DNA of 64,000 nucleotides. Source: a bacterium (GTDB lineage Bacteria > AUK180). The translations under genes were made by a program, and so were the position numbers. The stretch spans positions 13,218-77,217 of the forward strand of contig JAGLWT010000116.1 of the NCBI GenBank assembly GCA_023133295.1. Reading direction: 5' to 3'. Positions 8,691-18,884 of the stretch are shown in pieces (position 1 is the first letter of the stretch; every line of letters begins with the position of its first letter). The notes under the pieces were generated by a model. That model worked only from the letters and a program-made list of their open reading frames with translations, was not told the origin of the DNA and ran no database searches.

Positions 8691-8745
8691 CACGGTCACA
8701 AGCTCCTTCTGGATGACGGAGGACGGGATAAGCTCCGTCTCTATA

Positions 8746-9207
8746 TCAGATGCCAATCCTGTAAACTTTTTGGAAACGCGCAAGGAACCATTTGTATGTC
8801 GCTGATTCGTCCCATGGCAAATATTTTACATTCACATTTTTTATCATTTTCCGGGCTATCGAAATATCCTTTTCCTTACGATTTTTCCTCAAGTCCGATA
8901 CAAATGCATTGTCGTCAAATACTTTCTCAAAGTATAATAGATACAGAAGAAAATTTCCCGGATCGTGGTTGATCTCATCCTCAAGTCTCTGGAGATATGT
9001 CAGATAAATAGGTTTTTTGATCGTACCAGCAGTTAGTCCGGGGCCGATCTTTTGGACATGATAGCCTCGGAGTGATTCCCATTTCGCACTTTTATACAAA
9101 GAACGATAAATAACACTATCGTCTGTTCTTTTATAACTGATAATCAGTGCGAGAACTCCAACTAACAACGCAATTATTGAAATAATTAATGATATTTTTA
9201 TTTTCAT
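8746..9207 (-). CDS. Hypothetical membrane-anchored protein (single N-terminal TM)
   Basis: MKIKISLIISIIALLVGVLALIISY TM anchor followed by a soluble domain. The likely start is the internal Met, placed immediately after the stop of the upstream gene. No recognisable family. Confidence 0.35.
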   Translation of the reverse strand: MKIKISLIISIIALLVGVLALIISYKRTDDSVIYRSLYKSAKWESLRGYHVQKIGPGLTAGTIKKPIYLTYLQRLEDEINHDPGNFLLYLLYFEKVFDDNAFVSDLRKNRKEKDISIARKMIKNVNVKYLPWDESATYKWFLARFQKVYRIGI

Positions 9208-9209
9208 AA

Positions 9210-10022
9210 TCATTCCATTGTGTTGCATACATGCGCACAGTCTACAGTTGAAGAAGTATCTGCCGATCCTTGAGTGCAAGTTACCTGATCACCATATATT
9301 TCTGCACACTTAATTTGACAAGCATCATGCCAATCAATTCCTTCCTTCATATTGGCTTCAACCCCCCAGCCTTTACACAGTTCATTCATTGCGACCTGTT
9401 TGTGCGTGTGACACGCACAGACCAAAATTGTTTGAGGTAAATAAAGATTGCCATCAGGATTCTCTACCATCCAATAAGTGGCCTCTAAATACATTTTGAA
9501 GATTGTCTCAAATTCTGGGTCCTGGATCCATGTTGTATGAATATATAATTCTTCAATCCGCTTCATGGCCGAAAAAAATTGTTTTTTATTTATCAAATGG
9601 GTTACAGCGTTAATTTTATGAGAAACTGCTTTTAAGTGACCAGCAGTATCAAAGCCGACCCAACCAAGATCAATGAAAGTTTGCATTCTTTCCAAAAAAG
9701 CAAAAAACTTAGGGTCTACAGGGATATATTCTCTATCATGCAAATCCCCCTCATCGCCTTTCAAGAAAGGGTTTTGGACCCTATCATGATCCACAGATAT
9801 TTGAATTTGGCATGGGTCTTCTTCATAAAGAAAAATGATATAGCCATTGTCATCAATTTCAAGAATATCAATCATATCTGAGAATTCACTATAATGAAGC
9901 GAATACTCACTACTTGTATTGAACCTATACAATGACTCTTCAGGTGTGGTTAATTCCTTATGTTCCTGACACCCTAAAAAAAAGACACCTAGGAAAACTA
10001 TAATAAGTAGATATTTTCTCAT
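9210..10022 (-). CDS. Hypothetical lipoprotein with a Cys/His-rich C-terminal region
   Basis: MRKYLLIIVFLGVFFLGCQ lipobox-type signal peptide. AGGAGG RBS before this ATG (the track ORF start is at 10070). The C-terminus CACHTHKQ...CKGWG...CQIKC...CTQG...CAHVCN suggests a metal- or disulfide-rich domain. Confidence 0.4.
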   Translation of the reverse strand: MRKYLLIIVFLGVFFLGCQEHKELTTPEESLYRFNTSSEYSLHYSEFSDMIDILEIDDNGYIIFLYEEDPCQIQISVDHDRVQNPFLKGDEGDLHDREYIPVDPKFFAFLERMQTFIDLGWVGFDTAGHLKAVSHKINAVTHLINKKQFFSAMKRIEELYIHTTWIQDPEFETIFKMYLEATYWMVENPDGNLYLPQTILVCACHTHKQVAMNELCKGWGVEANMKEGIDWHDACQIKCAEIYGDQVTCTQGSADTSSTVDCAHVCNTME

Positions 10023-10194
10023 ATCTCCTCCTACTGCCAGCAGTATAACACGGTCTACGATTAATAGCAAGCACCGTTTCTTCCTTTACAGACAATACAT
10101 TCTCCCGCTAAAATGTGGCAGAATGAAAGGCAAAGGGATGGATTCCTGATATTAAACCTTGTCCCTGGGGCATTGGTCCACTGGGTCACTGCTT

Positions 10195-10315
10195 TCAGCA
10201 TTGTTCATTGATTTTTTCTTCTGGATTCTTCTCGTGACACGCTCCACGCCACACCGTATGTGTTTCTATTCTCCTTCCTCAACTATTCACTGTTCACTAT
10301 TCATTATTCACTATT
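10195..10315. repeat. Intergenic repeat island (module A identical to 250-281; module G 'ttcactgttcactattcattattcactat')
   Basis: A 30-nt exact match to 250-281. Module G recurs at about 52150-52210 ('cactattcgttgttcactatactt...cactattcattat'). Confidence 0.6.
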
Positions 10316-10322
10316 TTTAGAT

Positions 10323-10411
<89 letters not shown>

Positions 10412-10450
10412 GATTTGAAAAGGATGCTTTTTCAGCTTCCTTTGAGTTTG

Positions 10451-10861
10451 TTATTTATTGTCTGGCTTTGCTGCCGGAGCAGGTTCTGCTGTTCCTGCCT
10501 TTTCTGCGGGCTCAGGTGTCTCTGTGACCGGTATTGCCGCTGTCTCGCCCTGTCCGGGTAAAGGCATTTCACTTTCCTGTTGAACCTCTGTCTGGCCGGT
10601 TGTCCCCGCCTTTTTCATAAGAGAGGTTTCCGCCTTCTGGGTATTACTCGCAAGGATCAAAGAGATCACAAAAAAGAGTATGGCCAATATGGTCGTAAGT
10701 CTGTTCAGGAACTTGTTCCCTCCGGTAGCACCGAAGAATGAATCTCCGCCGCCGCCGCCAAACAAACTTGACATATTTCCACCCTTGCCTGATTGTAAAA
10801 GAACAGAAATAATGAGTATTATACAAACAATAATGTAGATTGTCAATAAAAGTGCAAACAT
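10451..10861 (-). CDS. secG: Preprotein translocase subunit SecG (with a C-terminal Pro/Ala/Glu-rich extension)
   Basis: MFALLLTIYIIVCIILIISVLLQSGKGGNMSSLFGGGGGDSFFGATGGNKFLNRLTTILAILFFVISLIL is the canonical SecG signature. It sits downstream of tpiA, as in many bacteria. Confidence 0.85.
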   Translation of the reverse strand: MFALLLTIYIIVCIILIISVLLQSGKGGNMSSLFGGGGGDSFFGATGGNKFLNRLTTILAILFFVISLILASNTQKAETSLMKKAGTTGQTEVQQESEMPLPGQGETAAIPVTETPEPAEKAGTAEPAPAAKPDNK

Positions 10862-10863
10862 TC

Positions 10864-11610
10864 TTAATCCTCCCTTGAAAGTCTAGTGATCTGTGCGAAG
10901 GTTTCTGAAGATAAGCTTGCGCCGCCCACCAAAAAACCGTCTATATCTTTCATATTCATTAATTGTTTTGTGTTATCCGGCTTAACGCTGCCGCCATATA
11001 ATATGGATGTGGCATCACCGCAGCCTTTACAGAGTTTTTCAACCGTTTTACGGACAAAAGCATGTGCTTCCTGGGCGATTTCCGGCGTAGCCGTTTCACC
11101 TGTTCCGATAGCCCATACCGGTTCATACGCAATTATCAGGTCTGAGATACATCCGATGGATCTCAAGCCTTCTTTAAGTTGGCGGCCAAGAACATCAAAT
11201 GTTTTGCCTGATTTTCTTTCTTCCAGCGTTTCTCCAATACAGAATATCGGAATAAGATTGTTCTTCAAAGCGGAAATGACTTTGCGATTTAATAATTCGT
11301 CTTTCTCTCCGAAGACATGCCTTCTTTCAGAATGGCCGACAAGGATATATTTGCATCCAAGGTCACGGAGCATTCCGGGAGAGATCTCGCCTGTGAACGC
11401 ACCCTTTTCCTTATCATACATATTTTCTCCGCCATAAAGCATCTTGTCCTGCTCCTGAAAAAGGTGAAGGTAGATCGAAGGAGGAAAAATAATGTTCTTC
11501 ACACCCTCAATATCCGCCACCAATTGCGGAAAATCTTTAATGAAATCGGCAATCGCCAATGAATTCAAATTCATCTTCCAATTGCCTGCAACTATTTTTT
11601 CTCTCATCAT
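10864..11610 (-). CDS. tpiA: Triosephosphate isomerase
   Basis: IVAGNWKMN..., GHSERR, AYEPVWAIGTG and GGASL motifs. Its start overlaps the pgk stop as ATGA. Confidence 0.95.
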   Translation of the reverse strand: MMREKIVAGNWKMNLNSLAIADFIKDFPQLVADIEGVKNIIFPPSIYLHLFQEQDKMLYGGENMYDKEKGAFTGEISPGMLRDLGCKYILVGHSERRHVFGEKDELLNRKVISALKNNLIPIFCIGETLEERKSGKTFDVLGRQLKEGLRSIGCISDLIIAYEPVWAIGTGETATPEIAQEAHAFVRKTVEKLCKGCGDATSILYGGSVKPDNTKQLMNMKDIDGFLVGGASLSSETFAQITRLSRED

Positions 11611-12791
11611 TCCTCCAATGCCCTGAATCCGGGAAGGTTCACTCCCGATAACATCCCCAGCGAAGCTCCACCGCCGGTTGAGATGTGGGACATTTTATCA
11701 CTTTTATTAAATTTCTTTACCGACGAGGCGGAATCTCCTCCACCCACTACGGTAATGCCCTCGCACTCTGCCATCGCGTCAATAACGGCAACAGTGCCCC
11801 GGGCGTATTCATCTATTTCAAAGATCCCCATGGGGCCGTTGAATACAACAGAACCCGATTTAACTATCAGGCCGCTGAATAATTCACAGGTCCGCGGACC
11901 GATATCCACTCCGATATCCGAATCCTGCATGGCATTGACATCCCGGATCTCCTTGTACTTCGGAGATTCAATACTGTCAACCGCGAGAGTATCCAAGGGA
12001 AGTACTAGTTTATCACCCGCTCTTTCCATTATTCTCGATGCGATGTCAAGAGATTCCTCTTCCAGCAAAGACTTTCCGACATTATATCCCTTTGCCTTCA
12101 GGAAAGTGAACATCATTCCACCGCCGATAAGTATATGGTCGGCCTGCACTATCATTGTTTCCAATAGTCCTATCTTGTCCTTGACCTTTGCTCCTCCGCT
12201 TATCACCGAATACGGCCTTTCCGGTGTTGTGAGCTTTTCATTCAAATACATATACTCTTTTTCCACAAGGAAGCCCATCGCTTTGTTCTCCATGGGAAAA
12301 AGTCCGGGCAGAGTGAAGACGGAAGCATGTTCTCTGTGCATTGTACCAAAGGCATCATTCACATAGAATTTCGCGCCGAGGGCAGATAATTGTTTCGCAA
12401 ATTCTGTATCGCCTTTTTTCTCGGCCTTGTGAAACCGGAGATTCTCAAGCAAGAGAATTTGGCCCGGCTGAAGGTCAGAAACGCGGCTGTTGACATCCTC
12501 TCCGATCACTTGCTTCGAATATTTAACATTCGCGCTGCCAAGATACTCCTGTAATTTCTCAAATACGGGCTTCAGAGAAAATCCCTCTTCATAACCGATA
12601 CCGGAAGGGCGGCCCAAATGCGAAGCCACTATTATCCTAGCGTCTTTTTCCAGTAGATATTTGATCGTCGGCAGGGCGGCATCTATCCTTTTAGTATCTT
12701 TAATAATACCGTCTTTAACCGGGACATTGAAATCCACCCTAAGAAAAACTACATCGGCTTTCCCGATGGTAAGCCGCTTTATCGAGTTCAT
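11607..12791 (-). CDS. pgk: Phosphoglycerate kinase
   Basis: ASHLGRP, FHKAEKK, TGGGASL, GGGDS and NGPMG motifs typical of Pgk. Confidence 0.95.
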   Translation of the reverse strand: MNSIKRLTIGKADVVFLRVDFNVPVKDGIIKDTKRIDAALPTIKYLLEKDARIIVASHLGRPSGIGYEEGFSLKPVFEKLQEYLGSANVKYSKQVIGEDVNSRVSDLQPGQILLLENLRFHKAEKKGDTEFAKQLSALGAKFYVNDAFGTMHREHASVFTLPGLFPMENKAMGFLVEKEYMYLNEKLTTPERPYSVISGGAKVKDKIGLLETMIVQADHILIGGGMMFTFLKAKGYNVGKSLLEEESLDIASRIMERAGDKLVLPLDTLAVDSIESPKYKEIRDVNAMQDSDIGVDIGPRTCELFSGLIVKSGSVVFNGPMGIFEIDEYARGTVAVIDAMAECEGITVVGGGDSASSVKKFNKSDKMSHISTGGGASLGMLSGVNLPGFRALEE

Positions 12792-13805
12792 TTATTCTTT
12801 ATCTGCCATGTATTTTATGAGGTCGGCCATTCTACAGGAATAACCCCATTCATTGTCGTACCATGAGAATATCTTTGCCGTCTTTCCCATCACTCTGGTC
12901 ATTGCAGGATCAAATATTGAGGAGTGTGAATTACCGATAAAATCGGTTGAGACCAGCGGATCTTCTTCATATTCCAAAATTCCCTTCAATTCTCCATTGG
13001 CGTATTCTTTCATCTTACCATTGAGCTCTTCTACTGTAACTTCTTTGTTAAGCTCTACCGTAAGGTCGACCATAGAAGCGTCCGGAGTAGGAACTCTGAC
13101 AGCAAGGCCGTCAAGTTTTCCATCCAATTCAGGAATTACAAGGCCAACGGCTTTTGCGGCACCGGTGGTGGTGGGGATCATGGACATAGCCGCGGCACGG
13201 CCTCTTCTGAGGTCACTATGGGGCAGGTCAAGGATCTTCTGATCGTTCGTATAGGCATGTATCGTTGTCATGAACCCGTGGTCCAGTCCGAATTCCTTAT
13301 TCAGAACATAGGCAACAGGGGCAAGACAATTTGTCGTACAGGAAGCATTCGAGATAATGAAATGTTTTGCCGGGTCATAATTTTTATGGTTAACACCCAT
13401 TACAAAGGTCGCGTCCGCACCGGGGGAACCTTTTGCGGGAACACTCAGAACAACACGCTTTGCGCCTGCCTGAAGATGAAGGGATGCCTTCTCATGCGTT
13501 CTGAAGATACCCGTGCATTCCAGCACATAATCTACTCCCAATTCCTTCCAGGGAAGTTTTGAGGGGTCTCTTTCTTTGTATATTCTGTACTTTTCTCCGC
13601 TTATGTTCAGGAAATCGCCCTCAACCTTTACCGGATGGGGAAATTTTCCGTGAACACTATCATATTTCAGAAGATGAGCCAATGTTGCGGGATCGGTCAG
13701 ATCATTAATAGCAACTACATCTATATCCGAAAAGCGATCACAGCTCAATAACCTCTTGAAAACAAGGCGGCCGATTCTACCAAAACCATTAATTGCAACT
13801 TTCAT
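12792..13805 (-). CDS. gap: Type I glyceraldehyde-3-phosphate dehydrogenase
   Basis: [13 protein letters not shown]ossmann start. Catalytic [20 protein letters not shown]-terminal signature. Confidence 0.95.
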   Translation of the reverse strand: MKVAINGFGRIGRLVFKRLLSCDRFSDIDVVAINDLTDPATLAHLLKYDSVHGKFPHPVKVEGDFLNISGEKYRIYKERDPSKLPWKELGVDYVLECTGIFRTHEKASLHLQAGAKRVVLSVPAKGSPGADATFVMGVNHKNYDPAKHFIISNASCTTNCLAPVAYVLNKEFGLDHGFMTTIHAYTNDQKILDLPHSDLRRGRAAAMSMIPTTTGAAKAVGLVIPELDGKLDGLAVRVPTPDASMVDLTVELNKEVTVEELNGKMKEYANGELKGILEYEEDPLVSTDFIGNSHSSIFDPAMTRVMGKTAKIFSWYDNEWGYSCRMADLIKYMADKE

Positions 13806-13831
13806 AAAATAAATCCTCCAATCAAAATAGT

Positions 13832-14782
13832 CTATCTAAACAATAAACTGATTCCTAAATGATTTGTCTCGCCGAGATCACCGAAGGGAACATAGGCATA
13901 ATCGAACTGCAGAGTAAGAATATCAACCTTTCTGTTGCCCTGGGTTTTCTGGAAAGTATGATCAAAACCAAATCCAAAGCCTATACTTCCTATCTCCACA
14001 TTGGAATATCCCACACGAAGAGGAATGGCGCTGAACAAGGAATACTCAAGGCCCACAGAGATCACCGCAGGATTACCCGAAGGTATGGATGCCTGAAGCG
14101 AAAGATCCATTCCTTTGATGAGATTATAATTTCCGCCGATAGTAATATTCATAGGTATCTTTTCTGTCGGTATTTCATAATCGCCCGTGACATCCCGCTC
14201 GTATAAGAGGCCTGAGCCGAGATTCGAAATAGCAAGACCGACATTTCCATTGCCTATCTTATACTTCATACCGATATCCATAAGAAAGGTCTCTGCGAGA
14301 ACATTCGCAAGTTCTTCTTTGTAAAATTTACCCGCAACGGCAAAGGAGAAGTTATCTCCTAATTTTTTCCCGTATGTCAAAAAGAATTGATTGTAACTCA
14401 CATCGAACTGCTCTACCGACTCTTCCCAGCTTCCCCATGTAAATGCGTCTATGGGCTCTGTAAAAAACACATTGACCGCAAGGCCGAAGAAATCTGTTTC
14501 CGTGAAGGGAATGCAGAACGCGAAATATTCCATGGATGTATCCACGAGGTAATTTGTCTGGCCGATTGAAACAGAAGCCGCGGTAAATGATGTTACATTC
14601 GCGGGGTTGTAGAATATCGCCAAGGGTTCATTGCTTGAGGTGACCATAGCATTTCCCAGTGAGAACGCCTTTGCTCCGATGGGCATTAAGAGAAATGATC
14701 CGGAGGTCTCACCGTTAGAAACCGCAAATGTGGATACTGCAAAAAGGATGACCGCCAGCGTTATTATTATTTTTTTCATCAT
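13832..14782 (-). CDS. Outer-membrane beta-barrel protein, FadL/TodX/PorV-like (NPA hatch motif). Putative cognate partner of the upstream T9SS cargo
   Basis: Signal peptide [23 protein letters not shown]-terminal [22 protein letters not shown] motif, like the FadL NPA hatch. Alternating hydrophobic beta-strand pattern. Ends in an aromatic-rich C-terminus. Lies 8 nt downstream of the 1081-aa CTD protein. Confidence 0.5.
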   Translation of the reverse strand: MMKKIIITLAVILFAVSTFAVSNGETSGSFLLMPIGAKAFSLGNAMVTSSNEPLAIFYNPANVTSFTAASVSIGQTNYLVDTSMEYFAFCIPFTETDFFGLAVNVFFTEPIDAFTWGSWEESVEQFDVSYNQFFLTYGKKLGDNFSFAVAGKFYKEELANVLAETFLMDIGMKYKIGNGNVGLAISNLGSGLLYERDVTGDYEIPTEKIPMNITIGGNYNLIKGMDLSLQASIPSGNPAVISVGLEYSLFSAIPLRVGYSNVEIGSIGFGFGFDHTFQKTQGNRKVDILTLQFDYAYVPFGDLGETNHLGISLLFR

Positions 14783-14789
14783 TATCTCC

Positions 14790-17700
14790 TTATCTCACTA
14801 TTACAAGTTTCCCTTTCATGACATCCTCGTCATCATCAGGGTTGGTTATAACATAGAAATACAATCCGGTAGCTATCGCTTTGCCGTCCTCATTCATCAG
14901 GTCCCACTTCTCGCCGCCGTCACCATAAGTAGTTTCACTGGTGGCGGAATGCTCAATAGTTCTGATAAGACCGCCCTTAATATCGTAAATAGTAATGGTC
15001 GCATTTTCGGTCAGCTGCACGAATACCATATGATTGTTTTCCTGAAGAGCGTCTGCTGTTCCGTAGATGAAAGGATTGGGAACACAATGCGCCAGTTCAA
15101 GATTCTGCTCCTTATCAAAGTCCTTGGAAACCGTAGCGATATTAGACGGCTTACTTTCAAGATCCGTGGTTCTGTTAAAGGAGGTCACAAAATAGTAATA
15201 TGTAGCATACTCATCAATATAAGTATCAACGAATGTATAGGTGTCGGCTCCCGTGGAAGCCACGGCACCGATTTTCTCGATATAATCCTCATCCAAAGGC
15301 TCTACACTATCGTATATCGCGGCAGTGGAACATCTGTAAACATAGTATCGGAAAATATCTCCGGAAGCCTTATTAAAAGTGAGCGTGACGCTTTTATTGG
15401 TGTCTATAGCAACAAGATTTGTGGGATAGTCCGGATTTGTAAAAACACTCCCTGTTTCTACCGGCAATTCTCCTAATGAAGTGTGGTAGTCATACTTTTT
15501 AACCGTATAATTAACGGTAATGTCTCCGGATAGCTCCGGATATACCCAATCAACCATTATTTCCGGATAAGATGTTAGATACAATGTAGTATCCTGCACC
15601 CAACTATAGCCGTTAGGAAGATCCCACAAAGAATATATTTTTGAACCATCGCTTACTCTGTAAAAAGTAGCACCCCAATCGTCAAGACTTTCCCAAACCA
15701 TTTTCTGTGTATTGGTTTCATAAAAGACGGTTTTAGTAGTCCCATATCCTTCCCAAAAATAATTGACCGGGGAGGTATCTGAAGTGGAAATGGTAAAAGG
15801 CGTACTATTCGCAATTTCCTGCAGACAGAAATTGTTCACAATAATCTTCTCAATATTATTCCCAGCAGAGTAATTATACTCTGAGAGGTCAATTAGCACT
15901 TCCGTAAGAGATGATGTATCAATGTAAGTAACATCACTTAAATTGAATCTGTAATCTTCATCACCATATTTGGCATAAACCACATGATCCGTGGCCGCAG
16001 ATTGCAGATATTCATATGCGCCGTTCTGAACATATACTGTGTGAGCGAGCACGGCATTTCTGGTAATTTCATACTTTTCAATGTCCTTTTCCCGTGAGAG
16101 CGGCTCCGTCCACATCAAACGGAATATATTCGAATTATCGTCCAGATAAAAACTAATCTCACCTATTGCGGTAGTAAAATACGGTTCAAAGGTCATCTCT
16201 AGAAGATACGCGGGAACACTCTCATTAAAATACCCTGAGTAAAAATCCGCAAGATCGGTAGAATAGTTGTAATATGCATCATCATGAGCGGATATGCCGA
16301 AGTTGTATTCACCAGATGCACTTGACACATAATCTGTTGACGACAAAACATAAGAGGTTGAAGTGTACACCGCATAAGACGTCGGAGAATTACTCAGGTA
16401 TCCAGTCAGTCGTTGGAGACCTCCATTATCCCCCAATCTGTGAAAACGGAAATCAGCTTTTCCTCCTGCAAACATAAACACCTGATAACCCGCAGCATAT
16501 GGAACTGTTTCGGACGAATTGAAATCAGCAGGATCCCAGATAAGCCGGAATTCAGTCAAGCAGGTTTCTGGGTTATAATACTCATAGTAATTTGTAAGCG
16601 AGGGGGCGGCCGGAGGGGCAATATCTGCGTAGTTCAGTCCGACATTATGCATATCGGCCATTGCGTCATATGAGGCATCAAGGGCATCAATAGCTGCATC
16701 CAGAGTATCTCCCATGGATTTACCAATAGCAAAAAATACTACTTTCGATTCACCCGCTTCGAGCTCATAAGGACCCGCTGTAAGCGCGATAGCGTAATTG
16801 CCTTTTACAGCTGTATTCGAATCAAATCCTTGACCTACAAAATCGCTATAAGTGGCCACCATAGGGTTCCACGGCATGAGTCCGAATTCTTGTGAACTTA
16901 TGCTGTCGCCAAGAGGCCTGTCAATGGCGTAAGCGACCGGAATATTGTCATCGATCCCATTGGAATCTATGTCAGAATAAGCGGGGTCATAGCTAATTAT
17001 CTTGAATCCTGCTGGAGATTCATCCTTATTGAGAAGTTTTACTCCGAGAACAAAATAAGGATTCTCTCCTGCAGTGGACTGCTCATCATATATCACGCCG
17101 AAATTGCCGGTACGATTGAAGTCGGGCTCAACCCAGGCGGCCATATCATCATTTTGCCCTCCATCGGGTATATAAAAACCAAGTGTTTCGGGCGATCCGG
17201 TGCTATACTCATAGTCTACAACTACAGCCGCCTCACTCCATCTTGTCCTGATATCTGCATCAAGACGCTGGGTAACAAAAACCTCTTTCTCTGAATCACT
17301 ATTATTTGTTATTACATACGCCTTTAGCATGATATTATCAAAATCGGGGTGGTAAAACGCAGGGTTGATATCATAATCCGCCCAATCCAAGGCGACACTT
17401 TCAAAGAAATTATTCGCATTTTCTGATGTATAGGAAAAAGTACGGGCATCGACAGATATTCCTTGAGGACTGTGAGAATATTTGTCCATTATTTTACAGT
17501 ATGACTCCAATGGCGCGTAGATTGCATGTCGAGGCGCAAAGTGCCGGTCATATCTGACCATACCCCAAAAACTATCATTGGCGACCGGACCGCCGCCCTG
17601 ATCCAGAAAATAGTCATGTTCCTGAAGAAAATATGTTTGAATGAAGTTGGCATGGCTGAAATCATTTGCATTCCCATTGCTGCCTTGTAAAAGCCAGCTT

Positions 17701-18035
17701 CCAGAAGAATCAGAAACGATCAAACTTCCCATGTACAGGTGATCATAATCCATATACTCATAATAAGCGCCATAGGCCCCCCAGTCCCTTCCCTGGAAGG
17801 AAGTACCCACGCCAAGGTCGGTGGCGCCCGTAACAAACTGATGATCGAAATAACCGCCGAGAAAAGAAAAATTGGTGCCGTCACATCCAGAATAGATGTA
17901 ATCTGCAAGCCAATGTGTCATATACGGCTTATTCCCGTCATTTCCCCACACCCACTCAGGGGTTTCGTAAGAACAAATTGAAACGCTGAACGCGATTAGC
18001 AAAAGGGACAATAGAACTTTCTTTAAAGCTCCCAT
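14790..18035 (-). CDS. Large secreted protein (1081 aa) with a T9SS C-terminal sorting domain; catalytic or adhesive function unknown
   Basis: Signal peptide MGALKKVLLSLLLIAFSVSICS. C-terminus PNPF...ATITIYDIKGGLIRTI...GLYFYVI...KGKLVIVR matches a Por_Secre_tail type-A CTD. The N-terminal 900 aa are Gly/Tyr/Asp-rich beta-type sequence with no recognised catalytic motif. Confidence 0.7.
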   Translation of the reverse strand: MGALKKVLLSLLLIAFSVSICSYETPEWVWGNDGNKPYMTHWLADYIYSGCDGTNFSFLGGYFDHQFVTGATDLGVGTSFQGRDWGAYGAYYEYMDYDHLYMGSLIVSDSSGSWLLQGSNGNANDFSHANFIQTYFLQEHDYFLDQGGGPVANDSFWGMVRYDRHFAPRHAIYAPLESYCKIMDKYSHSPQGISVDARTFSYTSENANNFFESVALDWADYDINPAFYHPDFDNIMLKAYVITNNSDSEKEVFVTQRLDADIRTRWSEAAVVVDYEYSTGSPETLGFYIPDGGQNDDMAAWVEPDFNRTGNFGVIYDEQSTAGENPYFVLGVKLLNKDESPAGFKIISYDPAYSDIDSNGIDDNIPVAYAIDRPLGDSISSQEFGLMPWNPMVATYSDFVGQGFDSNTAVKGNYAIALTAGPYELEAGESKVVFFAIGKSMGDTLDAAIDALDASYDAMADMHNVGLNYADIAPPAAPSLTNYYEYYNPETCLTEFRLIWDPADFNSSETVPYAAGYQVFMFAGGKADFRFHRLGDNGGLQRLTGYLSNSPTSYAVYTSTSYVLSSTDYVSSASGEYNFGISAHDDAYYNYSTDLADFYSGYFNESVPAYLLEMTFEPYFTTAIGEISFYLDDNSNIFRLMWTEPLSREKDIEKYEITRNAVLAHTVYVQNGAYEYLQSAATDHVVYAKYGDEDYRFNLSDVTYIDTSSLTEVLIDLSEYNYSAGNNIEKIIVNNFCLQEIANSTPFTISTSDTSPVNYFWEGYGTTKTVFYETNTQKMVWESLDDWGATFYRVSDGSKIYSLWDLPNGYSWVQDTTLYLTSYPEIMVDWVYPELSGDITVNYTVKKYDYHTSLGELPVETGSVFTNPDYPTNLVAIDTNKSVTLTFNKASGDIFRYYVYRCSTAAIYDSVEPLDEDYIEKIGAVASTGADTYTFVDTYIDEYATYYYFVTSFNRTTDLESKPSNIATVSKDFDKEQNLELAHCVPNPFIYGTADALQENNHMVFVQLTENATITIYDIKGGLIRTIEHSATSETTYGDGGEKWDLMNEDGKAIATGLYFYVITNPDDDEDVMKGKLVIVR

Positions 18036-18258
18036 AGGACCTCCTATAATAATTGTTTAGATATTATACCAAATATATGTTTTGAATTCAATATGTCAAA
18101 ACTTATTGAGCGGTATTAAGATGCTGAAAAATAATTTCTGCAGTTTTCCTTTCTCCTTCCGAAGTAAAATGAAAATTCTGAGGGTCTCACCATTTCACTC
18201 TCAACTTAATTTTACTTTTGTGGAGCGGCCGGTTTTGGAGATCCGTGAATAATAAGTA

Positions 18259-18591
18259 TTAGTTCTCCTGCTTATTCTCCAGAATAATTTCTATATAGGG
18301 ATTTTTCTCAGAATAAATATCGTTGAGGCCGACATATCTCCATTGCTGTCTGTTTGGAGTTCCGGTACTATCATGCAAAAAAATCAATATTGGCTTATAT
18401 GCTTCTTTGAATTTCAGATAGCATATTAACGTATTTTCATCCTTTCGAAAACTGTACCCCTGAAAAACTACTGGGCCACAATCTCTATTAATCATAATAT
18501 CCGGAGATAAATCTATTTCTGACTTACTTTTCGCACATTTCTGCAGATAGAACTCTGTTGATAACCTATCGAAATAAAATGGATACGCCAA
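18259..18591 (-). pseudogene. Orphan or truncated copy of the C-terminal domain shared by the GT-C-like membrane proteins at 21108..24877
   Basis: YLKFKEAYKPILIFLHDSTGTPNRQQWRYVGLND aligns with FLRFEKYKPIYLFFHDNFEKPTYQKWRYIDYKLLD from the C-terminus of the 601-aa protein. There is no membrane domain upstream. Confidence 0.5.
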
Positions 18592-18884
18592 CTCTGATTT
18601 CGATTCAAAAAAGCTTTCCCGAGAAAAAGGTCGATGGCAGGATCAATGTCACTTCTAAATACTCTTTTATTTTAAAATATCATATGAGTATTGAAGTTAA
18701 CTGAAAGGTTCTCCGAAGAGAGTAAGATCATATCGCTTCTTAATTCTGAAAATATCACCTCGCTGAATCCTATATTGTGAAACCGCCAACGCAGATACCC
18801 GTCAGATATGACTTTAATATTGTGTGGGGACTCAAATGATGGCATTTTTTCAATTAAACCTCTATTGTTGGTATTTTTCCTGCT

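Noticed and set aside
200-8700. CRISPR array
   Set aside because: The repeats are neither identical nor regularly spaced, and there is no spacer architecture. They recur as mosaic modules in both orientations in scattered intergenic regions. No cas genes are present.
8461-8972. Plus-strand ORFs (114, 68 and 126 aa) across the repeat island and into the 8746..9279 gene
   Set aside because: They are composed of the repeat modules ('...PVKPCPY...' is simply the translation of module D). There is no coding periodicity or RBS. They overlap a better-supported minus-strand gene.
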